A model generated the notes under the pieces. It had not been told where the DNA came from. It worked only from the letters and a program-made list of their open reading frames with translations, and searched no databases. Made by a program: the position numbers and the translations under genes. DNA of 64,000 bases from the human T2T-CHM13v2.0 reference genome, Homo sapiens, in NCBI RefSeq assembly GCF_009914755.1, contig NC_060946.1. The stretch is one strand, 5' to 3'. Shown piece after piece: positions 43,089 through 57,479 of this stretch. Within the stretch, counting starts at the first letter, position 1. Each line of letters opens with the position of its first letter.

Positions 43089-46000
43089 GTGGAATGGAGT
43101 GGAGTGGAGTGGAATAAAGTGGAGTGGAATGAAATGAACTGTTGTGGAATGGAATGGAATGGAGATGAGTGGAATGGTGTGGAATGGAGAGGAGTGGAGT
43201 GGAATGCAATTGAATGGATTGAAATGGAATGAAGTGGAGTGGATTGGAACGGAGTGGAATCGAATGGATTGGAATGGAATAGAGTGGAGTGAAGTGAAGA
43301 GGAATTGAGTGGAATGGAGTGGAGTGGAGTGGACAGGAGGGGAATGGAATTAGTGGAATGGAGAGCATTGGAATGGAATGGAATGGAGTGGAATGGAATT
43401 GAGTGGAACTGAATGGAGTGGAGTGGAGTGGAATGTAGATAAGTGGAATGCAGTGGAGTGGAGTGGAAAGGAAAGGAGTGGAGTGGAGTGGAACGGGGTG
43501 GAGGGAGTGCAGTGGAATGGGGTGTAGTGCAGTGGAGCAGAGTGATGTGGAATGGAATGGAGTGAAGTGGAGGGTAGCGGAGTGAAATGGACTGGAATTG
43601 AGTGGAGTTAAATGGAGCGGAGTGGAATGGAATGGGGAGAATTGGAATGGAATGGAAGGGAATGGAGTGTAATGGGGAGGAGTGGAGTGGAGCACTGTGG
43701 AATGGAATGCATTGGAGTGGAGAGGAACGGAGTGGAGTGGAATGGAGTGGAGTGGAGTGGATTGGAGTGCTGTGGCTTGAAATGGAATGGCTTGGAACGG
43801 AGTAGAGTGAAATGGAATGGAGTGGAATGGAATGGAATGGAGTGGAATGGAGTGGAGTGGATTGGAATGGAATTGAAAAGAATGGAGTGGAATGGAATGG
43901 AATGGAAGAGAAAGGAATGGAGTGGTGTGGAATGGAGTGGAAGTGAACGGAGTGGAGTGGAATGGAATGGAGTGGAGTGGAATGGAATGGAGTAGAGTGG
44001 ACTGGAGTGGAATGGAATGGAGTTTAATTGAGTGGAATGGAGTGGAGCGAAATGGAATGGAGTGGAGTGGAAAGTAATGGACTGGAGTGGAATGGAGTGG
44101 AATGAAATGGAGTTGAATGGAATGGAATGGAGTGGAGTGGAGTGGAGTGGAGTGGAGAGTACAGGAGTGTAGTGGAGTATGGTTAAATAGAATGGAGTGG
44201 AATAGACTGGAATGGAGTGGAGGTGAATGGAATGGAGTGGGCTGGAATGGACTAGAAAGAAATGGAATGAAATGGAGTGGATTTGAATAGATTGGAATAG
44301 AATTGAATGGAATGGAATGAAATGGAATGGAGTAGAGTTGAATGGAGTGGAGTGTACTGGAGTTGAGTGGAGTGGAATGGAGTGGAGTGGAATGGGGTGG
44401 AGTGGACTGGAGTTGACCATAGTGGAGTGGAGTTTAATGGAATGGAGTAGAGTGGAATGGAGTGGAGAGGAGGGTTATGGAGTGGAGAGGAGTGGAGTTG
44501 AATGGAATGGAGTGGAATGGAGTGCCGTTGAGTGGAGTGGATTGGAGTGGATTGGAGTGCAGTGGAATGGAGTGGAGAGGAGTATAAAGGAGTGGAGTGG
44601 AGCGGAATAGAGTGGAAAGCAACGGAGTGGAATGGAATGGAATGGAGTGGAATCAAATGGAATGGAATGGAAGGGAATGGAATGGAATTTAGTGGAGTGT
44701 AGTGGAATGGAATGGAATTTAGTGGAGTGTAGTGGAATGGAATGGAAAAGAGTGGAATGGAGTGGAGAGTAGTGGAATGGAATGGAATGGCATGGAATGG
44801 AATGGAATGGAATGCAGTGGTGTGTAACAGTGGAATTGAGTGGAGAGTAGTGGAATGGAATGGAGTCGAGTGGAGTGGAGTGGAGTGGAATATAATATAA
44901 TTGAGTAGAAAGGAATGGAATGGAGTAGAATGGATTGGAATGGAGTGGAATGGAATGGAATGGAGTGGAATGGAATGGAATGTAGTGCAATGGAGTGGAA
45001 TGGAGTAGAGTGGAGTAGAATATAATATAATGTAGTGGAAAGGAGTGGAATGGAGTGGAGTGGAATGGAATGGAGTGGAATGGAATGGAACGGATTGGAA
45101 TGGAGTGCAATGGAGTGGAATGGAGAGGAGTGAAGTGGAGTGGAATGGAATGGAAAGGAGTGGAATGGAATGGAATGGAGTGGACTGGAGAAGAGTGGAG
45201 TGGAGTGGAATGGAATGGGGTCGAATGGAGTGGAACTGAGTGGAGTGGAATGGAATGGGGTAGAGGGAATGGAATGGACAGGAATGGAATGGAATGTTGT
45301 GGAGTTGATTGGAGTGGAATGGAGTGGAGTGTAATGATACAGAGTGGAGTGGAATGCAATGGAATGTTATGGAGTGGAGTGGAATGGCATGGAAAGGAAT
45401 GGTATGGAATGGAATGGAATGGAAAGGAATGGAATGGAGTGGAGTGGATTGGACTGGAGTGGAGTGGAACGGAACGCAATGCAGTGGAGTGGAGTGGATT
45501 GGAGTGACGTGGAGTGGAATGGAATGGAGTCGAGTGGAATGTGTTGGAATGGAATAGAGTGGAATGGAACGGAAAGGCCTGGGATGGAATGGAATGGAGT
45601 GGAGTGAAGTGGAGTGGAATGGAGTGGAATGGAGTGGAATAGAGTGGAGGGGAATGGAATGTATTGGAGTGGAGTGGAAAGGAGTGGAGTGGAGTGTTGT
45701 GGATTTGAGTTGAGTGGAGTGAAGTGGAATAGAATGGAGTGGAATGGAATGGAGTGGATTGGATTGGAATGGAATGGAATGGATTAGAATGGAATGGAAT
45801 GGAGTGGTGTGTAGTGGAGTGGAGAGGAGTGGACTGCAGTGGAATGGAATGGAGTGAAATGGATTGGAATGGAGTGGAATGGAATGGATTGGAAAGGAAT
45901 GGAATGGAATGGAGTGCAATGGAGTGCAGTGGATTGGAGTGGACTGGAGTGTAGTGGAATGGAGTGGAGTGGCGTGGAATGGAGTGGAATGGAATGGAGT

Positions 46001-49000
46001 GCAGTGGAATGGAGTGGAATGGAATCCTGTGGAATGGAATTGAATGGAGTGGCATGGATTGGAATGGAGTGTAGTGGTGTGGAATGTAATAGATTGGATT
46101 GGAATGCAATGGAATTGACTGGAGTGGAATGGCGTGGAGTGGAGTGGAGTTGAGTGGATTGGAATGGAATGGAATGCAGTGGGATAGAATGGAATGGATG
46201 GCAATGGAATGGAGTGGAGTGGCATGGAGTAGAATGGTGAGTAGTGGAATCGAGTGGAGTGAAGTGGGACGGAACGGAATGTAGTGGATTGGAATTGACT
46301 GGAGTGCAGCGGAGCAGAGTGGAATGGAGTGGAGTGGAATGGGGTGGAGTGCAGTGGAATGGAGTGTAGTGGAATGGAAGGGAATTGAGTGGAGTGGAGT
46401 GGAATGGAATGTAATGGAGTGGAGTGGAATGGAGTGGATTGGAGTGGAAAGGATTTTAGGGGAGTGGAATGGAGTGGAGAGGAGTGGAATGGAGTGGAGT
46501 GGAGTGGAGTGCAGTAGAAAGAAGTGGAGTGGAATGGAGTGGAGAGGAGTGGAATGGAGTTGAGTGGAGTGCAGTAGAAAGAAGTGGAGTGGAATGGAGT
46601 GGAGTGGAGTGGAATGGAACATAGTAGAGTGGAGTCGAATGGAGTGGATTGGAGTGAAATGGAATGGAGTAGATTGGAGTAGAATGGAGTGGAGTGGGAG
46701 GAACAGAGTGGAGAAGAGTGGAATGGAGTGGAGTCGAGTGGAGTGGAGCAGAATGGAGTGGAGTGGTGTGGAGTGGAATGGATTGGATTGGAGTGGAATG
46801 GAATGGAATGGAGTGGATTGGACTGGAATGAAATGGAATGGAATGGAAGGGAATGGAATAGAGTGGAATGGAATGGATTGAACTGGATTGGAGTGGAGTT
46901 ATGTGAAGAGGAATGGAGTGGAGAAGAGTGGAATGGAGTGAAGTGGAATCAAGTAGAGTGGGGTGGAATGCAGTGGAGTGGAATGGAATGGAGTGGAGTA
47001 GAATGCAATGGAGTGGAATAGAATTGAATGGAATAGCCTGCAGTGGAGTGGAAGGAATGGAGTTGAGTGGAATGCAGTGGAGTGGAGTGGAATGGAATGG
47101 AATGGAATGGAATGGGTTGGAGTGGAATGGAATGGAATGGAAAGGAATGCAATGGAATAGAATAGAATGGAATGTCATGGAATGGAATGGAATGGAGTTC
47201 AATGGACTGCAGTGGAATAGAATTGAAAGAAATGGCATGGAATGGAATGGAATGGAATGGAGTATTGGGCAGTGGAGTGGATTGGAACGTAGGGAAATGA
47301 AATGGAGTGGAAAGGAGTGGAAAGTAGAGGAGTGGAATAGAATGTAGTGGCATGGAATAGAAAGTAGTGCAACGGAATAGAATGGAATGGAGTGGAGTGG
47401 AATGGATTGAAGTGGAATGGAGTAGAGTAGTGTGGAATGGAGTGGAGTGGAATGGATTGGAATGGAATAGAGTGGAATGAAATTGAGTTAAGTGGAATGA
47501 GTGGAGTGGAGTGGAAAGGAATGAAGTGGAATGGAATGGAGTGGAGTGGAGTGGAATGGAGTGGAGGGGAGACGTGTGCAAATGAAAGGAGTGGAGTGGA
47601 GTGAAATGGAATTTAATGGAGTCGAATGGAATGGAGTGAAGTGGATTGGAATGGAGAGGAATGGAATGGATTGGAATGGAATGGAAGGGAGTGGATTGCA
47701 GTGGAGTGGAGTTGAGTGGAATATGGTGGAGGGGAGCGGAGTGGAGTGGAATTGAGTGGAATATGGTGGAGGGGAGCGGAGTGGAGTTTACTAGAGTGAA
47801 ATGGAATGGAGTGGAATGGAGTGGAGAGAAGTGGAGTGGAATGGAATGGAAAGGAGTGGAATGGAATGGAATGGAATGGAGTGGACTGGAGTGGAGTTGT
47901 CTGCAGTGGAGTGGAATGGAATGGAGTGAAATGGAGTGGAATTGAGTGTAGTGGAATGGAATGGGGTAGAGTGGAATGGAATGGACCGGAAAGGAATGGA
48001 ATGTTGTGGAGTTGAATGGAGTGGAGTGGAATGGAGTGGAGTGTAATGGTAAGGAATGGAGTGAAATGGAATGGAATGTTGTGGAGTGGAATGAAATGGA
48101 ATGGAATGGAGTGGAGTGGATTGGAGTGGAGTGGAGTGGAATGGAATGCAATGGAGTGGAGTGGACTGGAGTGGCGTGGAGTGGAATGGAATGGAGTCGA
48201 TTGGAATGGGATGGAATGGAATAGAGTGAAATGGAATGGAAAGGCCTGGGATGGGATGGAATGGAATGGAGTGGAGTGAAGTGGAGTGGAATGGAGTGGA
48301 GTGGAGTGGAATGGAGTGGAATGGAGTGGAGGGGAATGGAATGGAGTGGAGTGGAGTGGAAAGGAGTGGAGTGCAGTGGAGTGCTGTGGAATGGAAACAA
48401 GTGGAGTGAAATGGAATAGAATGGAGTGGAATGGAATGGAGAGGAGTGGATTGGAATAGAGAGGAATTGAATGGATTGGAATGGAATGGAATGGAGGGGT
48501 GTGTAGTGGAGTGGAGAGGAGTGGAATGGAGTGGAGTGGAGTGGACTGTAGTGGATTGAAATGGAGTGGAATGGATTGGAATGGAGTGGAATGCAATGGA
48601 TTGGAATGGAATGGAGTGGAGTGCAGTGGAGAGGAGTGGATTGGAGTGGAGTGGAGTGGAATGGAGTGGAGTGGAGTGGAATGGAGTGGAGTGGAATGGA
48701 ATGGAGTGGAATGGACTGGAATGGAGTGGAGTGGAAGGGAATGCAGTGGAATGGAATGGAATGGAGTGGAATGGAGTGCAATGGAGTGTAGTGGTGTGGA
48801 ATGTAATGGAGTGGATTGGAATGCAAGGGAATTGATTGGAGTGGAATGGAGTAGAATGGAGTGGAGAGAAGTGGAGTTGAATGGATTGGAAAGGAATGGA
48901 ATGCAGTGGGATGGAATGGAATGGATTGGAATGGAATGGAGTGGAGTGGCATGGAGTAGAATGGTGTGTAGTGGAATGGAGTGGAGTGGAGTGGGACGGA

Positions 49001-52000
49001 AAGGAATGGATTGGATTGGAATTGACTGGAGTGGAGTGGAGTGGAATGGAATTGAGTGGAGTGGAGTTGAAAGGAGTGGAGTGGAGTTGAATGTAATGGA
49101 GTGGAATGTAATGGAGTGGATTGGAGTGGATTGGATTTTAGTGGAGTGGAATGGAGTGGAGAGGAGTGGAATGGAGTGGAGTGGAGTGTAGTAGAAAGAA
49201 GTGGAGTGGAATGGAGTGAAGTGGAGTAGAATGGAAAGTAGTAGAGTGGAGTTGAATGGAGTGGAGTGGAGTGAAATGGAATCTAGTGGAGTGGAATGGA
49301 GTAGATTGGAGTGGAATGGATTGGAGTGGGAGCAATGGAATGGAGAGGAGTGAAATGGAGTGGGGTCGAGTGGAGTGGAACGGAATGTGGTGGAGTGGAG
49401 TGGAGCGGAATGGATTGGAGTGGAGTGGAATGGAATGGAGTGGAGTGGAGTGGAATAGAATGGAATGGAAGTGAAAAGAATAGAAAGGAATGGAATGGAG
49501 TGAACTGGATTGGAAAGGAGTTGTGTGAAGCGGAATGGAGTGGAGAGGAGTGGAATGGAATGGAAAGGAAAGCAGTGGAATGTAACGGAATGGAATAGAA
49601 TAGAATTGAGTGGTGTAGAATGGAGAGGAACTGAATGGAGTGGAGTGGAATGGAATGGAGTTTAATGGAGTGGAATGGAGTGGAGCGAAATGGAATGGAG
49701 GTGAGTGGAATGTAATGGGCTGGAGTGGAATGGAGTGGAGTTGAGTGGAGAGGAATGGAATGAAATGGAGTTGAAAGGAATGGAATGGTGTGGAGTGGAG
49801 TGGATTGGAGAGTAGTGGAGTGTTGTGGAGATGGGTTAAATAGAATGGCGTGGAATAGAGTGGAATAGAGCGGAGGGGAATGGAATGGAGTAGAGTGGAC
49901 TGGAATGGACTAGAAAGGAATGGAATGGAATGGAGTGGATTTGAATGGATTGGAATGGAATCGAATGGAATGGAGTAGAGTTGAATGGAATGGAGTGTAA
50001 TGGAGTTGAGTGGAGTGGAATTGGGTGGAGTTGACTGGAGATGAATAGAGTGGAGTTAAGTGGAATGGAATGGAGTGGAGTGGAATGGAGTGGACTGGAG
50101 TGATTTGGAGTGGAGTGGAGTGGAATGGAGTGGAGAGGAGTGTAATGGAGTGGAGTGGAGTGGAGTGGAGTGGAAAGGATTTCCGCAGAATGGAGTGTAG
50201 TGGAGTGGAGTGGAGTTGAGTGGATTGGAGTGGAATGGAGTGTCGTGTATTGGAGTGGATTGGAATGCATTGGAGTGGAGTGGAATGGAGTGGAGAGGAG
50301 AGTAATGGAGAGGAGTGGAGCGTAATTGAGTGGAAAGGAATGGAGTGGAATGGAATAGAATGGAGTGGAATCAAATGGACTGGAAGAGAATGGAGTGGAA
50401 TGGAGTGGAGTGCAGTGGAATCGAATGGAATGGAGTGGAATGGAATGGAATGGAATGGAGTGGAATGGAATGGAATTCAGTGTTGTGTAACAGTGTAATT
50501 GAGTGGAGAGTAGTGGAATGGAATGGAATGGAGTGGAGTGGAATATAATATAATTGAGTAGAAAGGAGTGGAATGGAGTTTAGTGGAGTGGAATGGAATT
50601 GAATGGAATGGAGTGCAATGGAGTGGAATGGAGTGCAGTGGGGTGGAATATAATATAATGTAGTGGAAAGAAGTTGAATGGAGAGGAGGAAAATGGAATG
50701 AAGTGGAATGGAACGGAATGGAGTGTAATGGAGTGGAATGGAGTGGAGTGAAGTGGACTTGTATGGAATGGGAAGGAGTGGAATGGAATGGAGTGGAATG
50801 GAGTGGACTGGAGTGGAGTCGAATGGAATGGGGTAGACTGGAATGGAATGGAATGTTGTGGAGTTATATGGAGTAGAGTGGAATGGAGTGGAGTGTAATG
50901 GTACGGAATGGAGTGGAATGGAATGGAATGGAACGGAGTGGAGTGGAATGGAATGGAATGGAACAGAATGGAGTGGAGGGGATTGGAGTGGAGTGGAGTG
51001 GAAAACAATGCAATGGAGTGGAATTGATTGGAGTTGCGTGGAGTGGAATGGAATGGAGTCGAGTGGAATGGGGTGGAATGAAATAGAGTGGAATGGAATG
51101 GAATTGCCTGGAATGGAATGGAACAGAGTGGAGTGAAGTGGAGTGAAATGGGGTGGAATGGAGTGGAAGAGAGTGGAGGGGAATGGAATGGAGTGGAATG
51201 GAGTGGAATGGAGTGGAGTGCTGTGGAATGGAGTGGAGTGGAGAGCAATGGAATAGAATGGAGTGGAATGGAATGGAGAGGACTGGATTGGAATAGAGTG
51301 GAATGGAATGGATTGGAATGGAATGGAATGGAGTGGTGTGTATTGGAGTGGAAAGGAGTGGAATGGATTGGAATGGAGTGGAGTGGAATGGATTGGAATG
51401 GAGTGGAGTGGAATGGAATGTAGTGGAGTGCAGTGGAGTGGACTGGATTGGATTGCAGTGGAGTGGAGTGGAGTGGAGTGGAATGGAGTGGAGTGGAGTG
51501 GAATCGAGTGGAATGGAATGAAATGGAGTGGAATGGATTGGAATGGAGTGGAGTGGAATGGAATGCTGTGGAATGGAATTGAATGGACTGACATGGAGTG
51601 GAATGGAGTGTAGTGGTGTGGAATGCAATGGAGTGTATTGGAATGCAATGGAATCGATTGGAGTGGAATGTTGTGGAATGGCGTGGTGTGGAGTGGAGTT
51701 GAGTGGATTGGAATGGAATGGAATGCAGTGGGAATGGAATGGATTGTAATGGAATGGAGTGGAGTGGCATGGAATAGAATGCTGTGTATTGGAATGGAGT
51801 GGAGTGGAATGGGACAAAAAGGAATGGAGTCGATTGGAATTAACTGGAATGGAGTGGAGCAGAGTGGAATGGAGTATAGTGGAAAGGAGTGGAGTGCAGT
51901 GGAATGGAGTGGAGTGAAGTGGAATGGAATTGAGTGGAGTGGAGTTGAAAGGAGTGGAGTGGAGTGGAATGTAATGGAGTGGAGTGGAATGAAGTGGATT

Positions 52001-55000
52001 GGAGTGGAATGGATTTTAGTGTAGTGGAATGGAGAGGAGTGGAATGGAGTGGAGTGGAGGAGGGCAGTAGAAAGAAGTGGAGTGGAATGGAGTGGAGTGG
52101 AATGGAAAGTAGTAGAGTGGAGTTGAATGGAGTGGAGTGAAGTGAAATGGAATGGAGTGGAGTGGAATGGAGTGGAGTGGAATCAAGTAGAGTGGAGTGG
52201 AATGGATTGGAGTGGATTGAAGTGTAATGGAGTGGAATAGAATGGAATGGAATAGACTGGAGTGGAGTGGAAAGGATGCAGTTGAGTGGAATGGAATTGA
52301 GTGGAGTGGAATGGAATGGAATGGGTTGGAGTCGAGTGAAATGGAATGGAATGGAATGGAATGGAATGGAATGGAATGGAATGCCATGGAATGGAATGGA
52401 ATGGAATGGAATGGAATGGAATGGAATGGAATGGAATGGAGTTCAATGGACTGGATTCGAATGGAATTGACAGAAATGGCATGGAATTGAATGGAATGGA
52501 GTGTAGGGCAGTGGAGTGGATTGGAGTGGAGTGGAATGAAATGGAGTGGAAAGGAGTGGAAAGTAGAGGAGTAGAATAGAATGTAGGGGAGTGGAATAGA
52601 AAGCAGTGGAACAGAATGGAATGGAATGGAGTGGAGTGGAATAGAGTACAGTGGAATGGAGAGGAGTGGACTGGAATGGAGTGGAGTAGAATGGATTGGA
52701 ATGGAACAGAGTGGAATGAAATTGAGTGGAGTGGAATGGAGTGGAGTGGAGTGGAAAGGATTGAAGTGGAATGGAATGGAATGGAGAGGAGTTGAATGGA
52801 GTGGAGAGGAGGAGAGTGGTATGGAATCGAAAGGAGTGTAGTGGAGTGCAATGGAATTTAATGGAGTGGAATGGAATGGAGTTGGGTGGATTGGAATGGA
52901 GTGGAATGGAATGGATTGGAATGGAATGGAATGGAGTGGAATGCAGTGGAGTGGAGTTGAGCAGAATATGGTGGAGGGGAATGGAGTGGAGTGGACTGGA
53001 ATGTAATGGAATGGAGTGGAATGGAGAGCAGTGGAATGGAGTGGAGTGTAGTGGAATGGAATGGAGTGGAATGGAATGGAGTGGAGTGGAGTGGAATAGA
53101 ATGGAGTACAATGGAGTGGAATGGAGTGGAATAGATTGGAGTGGAGTGGAATGGAGTGGATTGGAATGGAGTGGAGGGGAGTGGGATGGAATGGAATGGA
53201 GTGGAGTGGATTGGTGTGGAGTGGAATGGAGTGGAGTGAAATGGAGTGGAATGGAGGGAAAAGGAGTGGAGTGGAATGGTATGGAGTGGAGTGAATAGGA
53301 GTGGAGTGGAATGAAGTGGAGTGAAGTGGAGTGGAGTGGTGTGGAATGGAATGAAGTGGAATGGTGTGGATTAGAATGGAATTTAATGGAGTGGAATGGA
53401 ATGGAGTTGTTTGGAATGGAATGAGGTGGAATGGTGTGGATTAGAATGGAATTTAATGGAGTGGAATGGAATGGATTGGAGTGGATTGGAATGGAGAAGA
53501 ATGGAAAGGATTGGAATGGAATGGAGTGGAGTGCAGTGTAGTGGAGTGGAATGGAATGGAGTGGAGTAGCGAGGAATGGACTGGAGTGGAATGCAATGGA
53601 GTGTAATAGAGAGCAGTGGAATGGAATGCAATGGAGTGGAATGGAATGGGTGGAGTGGAATGGAGTGGAGTTGCAGAGATTGGAATGAAATGGAATGGAA
53701 TGCAGTGGAATGGAGTGGAATGTGGTGGATTGTAAAGAAATTGAGTGGAATGGAGAGGCATGAAGTGGAATGGATTGGAGTGGAGTGGAACGGAAATGGA
53801 CTGGAATGGAGTGGAATGGCATACAATGGAATGGAATGGAGAAGAATGGAGTGGAATGGAGTGGAATGCAGTGGAGTCTATTGGAATTGAGTGGATTGGA
53901 ATGGAATGAAGAGGAATGGAGTGGAATGGAGTAGAATACAGTGCAGTCTATTGAAATTGAGTGGATTGGAATGGAATGGAGTGGAGTGGAATTGAATGGA
54001 AAGGTATGGAATGGCATGTAATTTAATGGATGGGAATGGAATGGAGTGGAATAGATTTGAGTGGAGTGGCATGTAATGGAGTAGAATGGCATGGAATGGA
54101 GTGGACTGGAGTGGAATCGAAAGGACTGAAATGTAATGGAGTGGAGAGGAATGAAATGGAATGGAATGGAATAGAATGGAATGGAATGGGATGGGATGGG
54201 ATGGAATGGAATGGAATGAAATTGAATGGAATGTAATGGCATGCAATGGAATGGAACGGAGTGGAGTAGAGTGGAGTGGAGTGAAGCGGAGAGGAGTGGA
54301 ATGGAATGGAGTGGAATAGCATGGAATGGAATAATTTGGAGTGGAGTGGAACAGAATGGAGTGGAGTAGAATGGAATGGAGTGGAATGGAAGGGAATGAA
54401 ATGGAATTTAGTGGAGTGGATTGGATTGGAGTGGAATGGAATGGAATGGAATGGAATGGAGTGGAATGGAGTAGAGTGGAATGGAATGGAAAGCAATGGC
54501 ATGGAATAGAATGGAATGGAATGGAGCGCAGTGGAGTTAATTGGAATGAAAGGAGTGGAATGGAGTGGAAAAAAGGGGAGTGGAATAGAATGTAGTGGAG
54601 TGGAATGGAATGCAGTGGGACGTAAAGGAATGGAATGGAATGGAGTGGAATGGAGTGCAGTGGAATGGAGAGCAGTGGAGTGGAATGGAGTGGAGTGGAA
54701 GGAAGTGGAATGGAATGGAATGGAGGGGAATGGAGTGGTATGGAGTGGAGTGTAGTGGAATGGTATGGAATGGAATGGAATGGAATGGAATGGAATGGAA
54801 TGCAGTGGTGTGTAATGGGGTGGAATTGAGTGGAGAGTAGTTGAATGGAATGAAATGGAGTGGAGTGGAGTGGAATGGAATATATTGGAGTGGAAAGGAG
54901 TGGAATGGAGTGGAGTGGAGTGGAATGGAATGGAGTGGAATGGAATAGAATGGAGTGGAAAGGAGTGTCATGGAGGGGAGTGGAATGGAATGGAATGGAG

Positions 55001-57423
55001 TGGAATGTAATGTAATGGAATGTAATGGAATGGAATGGAATGGAGTTGACAAGATTGGAGTGGTGTGGTGTGGAGTGGAACTGAATCGACTGGAATGGAG
55101 TGTAATTGAGTGGAGTGGAATGGAATGGAGTAGTGTGGAATGGAATGGACAGGAATGGAATGGAATGGAAAGTCGTGGAGTTGAATGGAGTGGAGTGGAA
55201 TGGAGTGGCATGGGGTGAAGTGTAACGGTATGGAATGGAGTGGAATGGAATGGAATGGAATGGAGTGGAATGTAATGGAATGGAATGGACTGGAATGGAA
55301 TGGAGTGGAATGGAATGGAATGGAATGGAATGGAATGGAATGGAGTGGATTGGAGTGGAGTGGAGTGGAGCGGAATGCAATGGAGTGGATTGGAGTGGAT
55401 TGGAGTGGCGATGAGTGGAATGGAATGCAGTTGAGAGGAATGGAGTGGGATGGAATAGAGTGGATTGGAGTGGAATGGCCTGGGTTGGAATGGAGTGGAA
55501 TGGAGTGGAGTGGAATGGAGTGGAGTGGAATGGAATGGAGTGGAGTGGAGTGTAATGAAGTAGATTGGAGTGTTGTGGAATGGAGTGGAGTGGAGTGGAG
55601 TGAAATGGAATTGAATGGAGTGGAATGGAATGGAGTGCAGTGTATTGGCATAGAATGGAATGGAATGGATTGAAATGGAATGGAATGGAGTGGTGTGTAT
55701 TGGAGTGGATATGAGTGGAGTGGATTGGAGTGGACTGGAGTGGAATGGAATGGAGTGGAATAGAATGGAATGGAATAATTTGGAGTGGAGTGGAACGGAA
55801 TGGAGTGGAGTGGAATGGAAGGGAATGGAATGGAATTTAGTGGAGTGGATTGGAATGGAATTGAATCGAATGGAATGGAATGGAATGGAATGCCATGGAA
55901 TGGAATGGAGTGGAATGGAGTGGAGTGGAATGGAATAGAAAGCAATGGCATGGAATAGAATGGAATGTAATGGAGGGCAGTGGAGTGGAGTGGAATGAAA
56001 GGAGTGGAATGGAGTCGAAAAAAGGGTAGTGGAATAGCATGTAGTGGAGTGGAATGGAATGCAGTGGAACGTAAAGGAATGGAATGCAATGGATTGGAAT
56101 GGAGTGTAGTGGAATGGAGTGCAGTAGAGTGGAATGGAGTGGAGTGGAAGGGAGTGGAATGGAGTGGAGTGGAGTGGAATGGAATGGAATGGTGTGGAAT
56201 GGAATGGAATGGAATGCAGTGGTGTTTAATGGAGTGGAATTGAGTGGAGGGTAGTGGAATAGAATCGAGTGGAGTGGAGTGGAATGGAATATATTGGAGT
56301 GGAAAGGAGTGGAGTGGAATGGAATGGTGTAGAATGGAATGGAATGGAGTGGAATGTAATGTAATGGAGGGTAGTGAAATGGAATGGAATGGAGTGGACT
56401 GGAGTGGAGTGGTGTGGTGTGGATTGGAACTGAATAGACTGGAATGGAGTGTAACTGAGTGGAATGGAATGGAATGGAGTAGTGTGGAATGGAATGGACA
56501 GGAATGGAATGGAATGGAATGTCGTGGAGTTGAATTTATTGGTGTGTAATGGAGTGGTATGGGGTGAAGTGTACTGGTATGTAATGGAGTGGAATGGAAT
56601 GGAATGGAGTGGAATGTGATGTAATGCAATGTAATGGAATGGAATGGAATGAAATGAAATGGAATCGAATGGAATGGAGTGGAGTCGATTGGAGTGGATT
56701 GGAGTGGAGCATAATGCAATGGAGTGGAGTGGAGTGGATTGGAGTGGCAAGGAGTTGAATGGAATGGAGTAGAGAGGAATGGAGTGGAATGGAATACAGT
56801 GGAATGGAATGGAATGGCCTGAGTTGGAATGGATTGGAGTGGAGTTCAGTGCAGTGGAATGGAGTGAAGTGGAGTGGAATGGAGTGGAGTGGAGTGGAGT
56901 GGAGTGGAGTGGTGTCGAATGGAGTTGAGTGGAGTGAAATGGAGTGGAGTGGAATGGAATGGAGTGGAGTGGAGTGGAATGGAGTGGAGTGGAGTGAAAT
57001 GGAATGGAATGGAATGGAATGGAGTGGACTGTATTGTAATAGATTGGAATGGAATGGATTGGAATTGAATGGAATGGAGTGGTGTGTATTGGAGTGGAGA
57101 GTAGTGGAATGGAGTCGAGTGGAGTGGAGTGGACTGGAGTGGAATGGAATGGAATGGAATGGATTGGAATGGAGTGGAATGGAATGGATTGGAATGGAGT
57201 GGAATGCAGTGGAGTGGAGTGGAATGGAGTGGAATGGAGTGGAGTGGAGAGAAGTGGAGTGGAATGGAGTGGAATGGAATGGAATGGAGTGGAATGGACT
57301 GGCATGGAATGGAATGTAGTGGAATGGAGTGGAGTGGAGTGGTTTGGAGTTGAGACGAGTGCAGTGGAATGGAATGGAATGGAATAGAATGGAATGAAAT
57401 GGAATAGATTGGTGAAATTAAAT

Positions 57424-57479
57424 GTGAGCTGAGATTGTGCCACTGCACTCTGTCCTAGGTGACAGAGTGATATCCTGTC
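57424..57479 (+). mobile_element. Alu right-arm 3'-terminal fragment (AluJ-like), copy 1, embedded in satellite
   Basis: GTGAGCTGAGATTGTGCCACTGCACTCTGTCCTAGGTGACAGAGTGATATCCTGTC matches the Alu 3' consensus GTGAGCCGAGATCGCGCCACTGCACTCCAGCCTGGGCGACAGAGCGAGACCCTGTC, with CpG->TpG decay. Confidence 0.9.
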
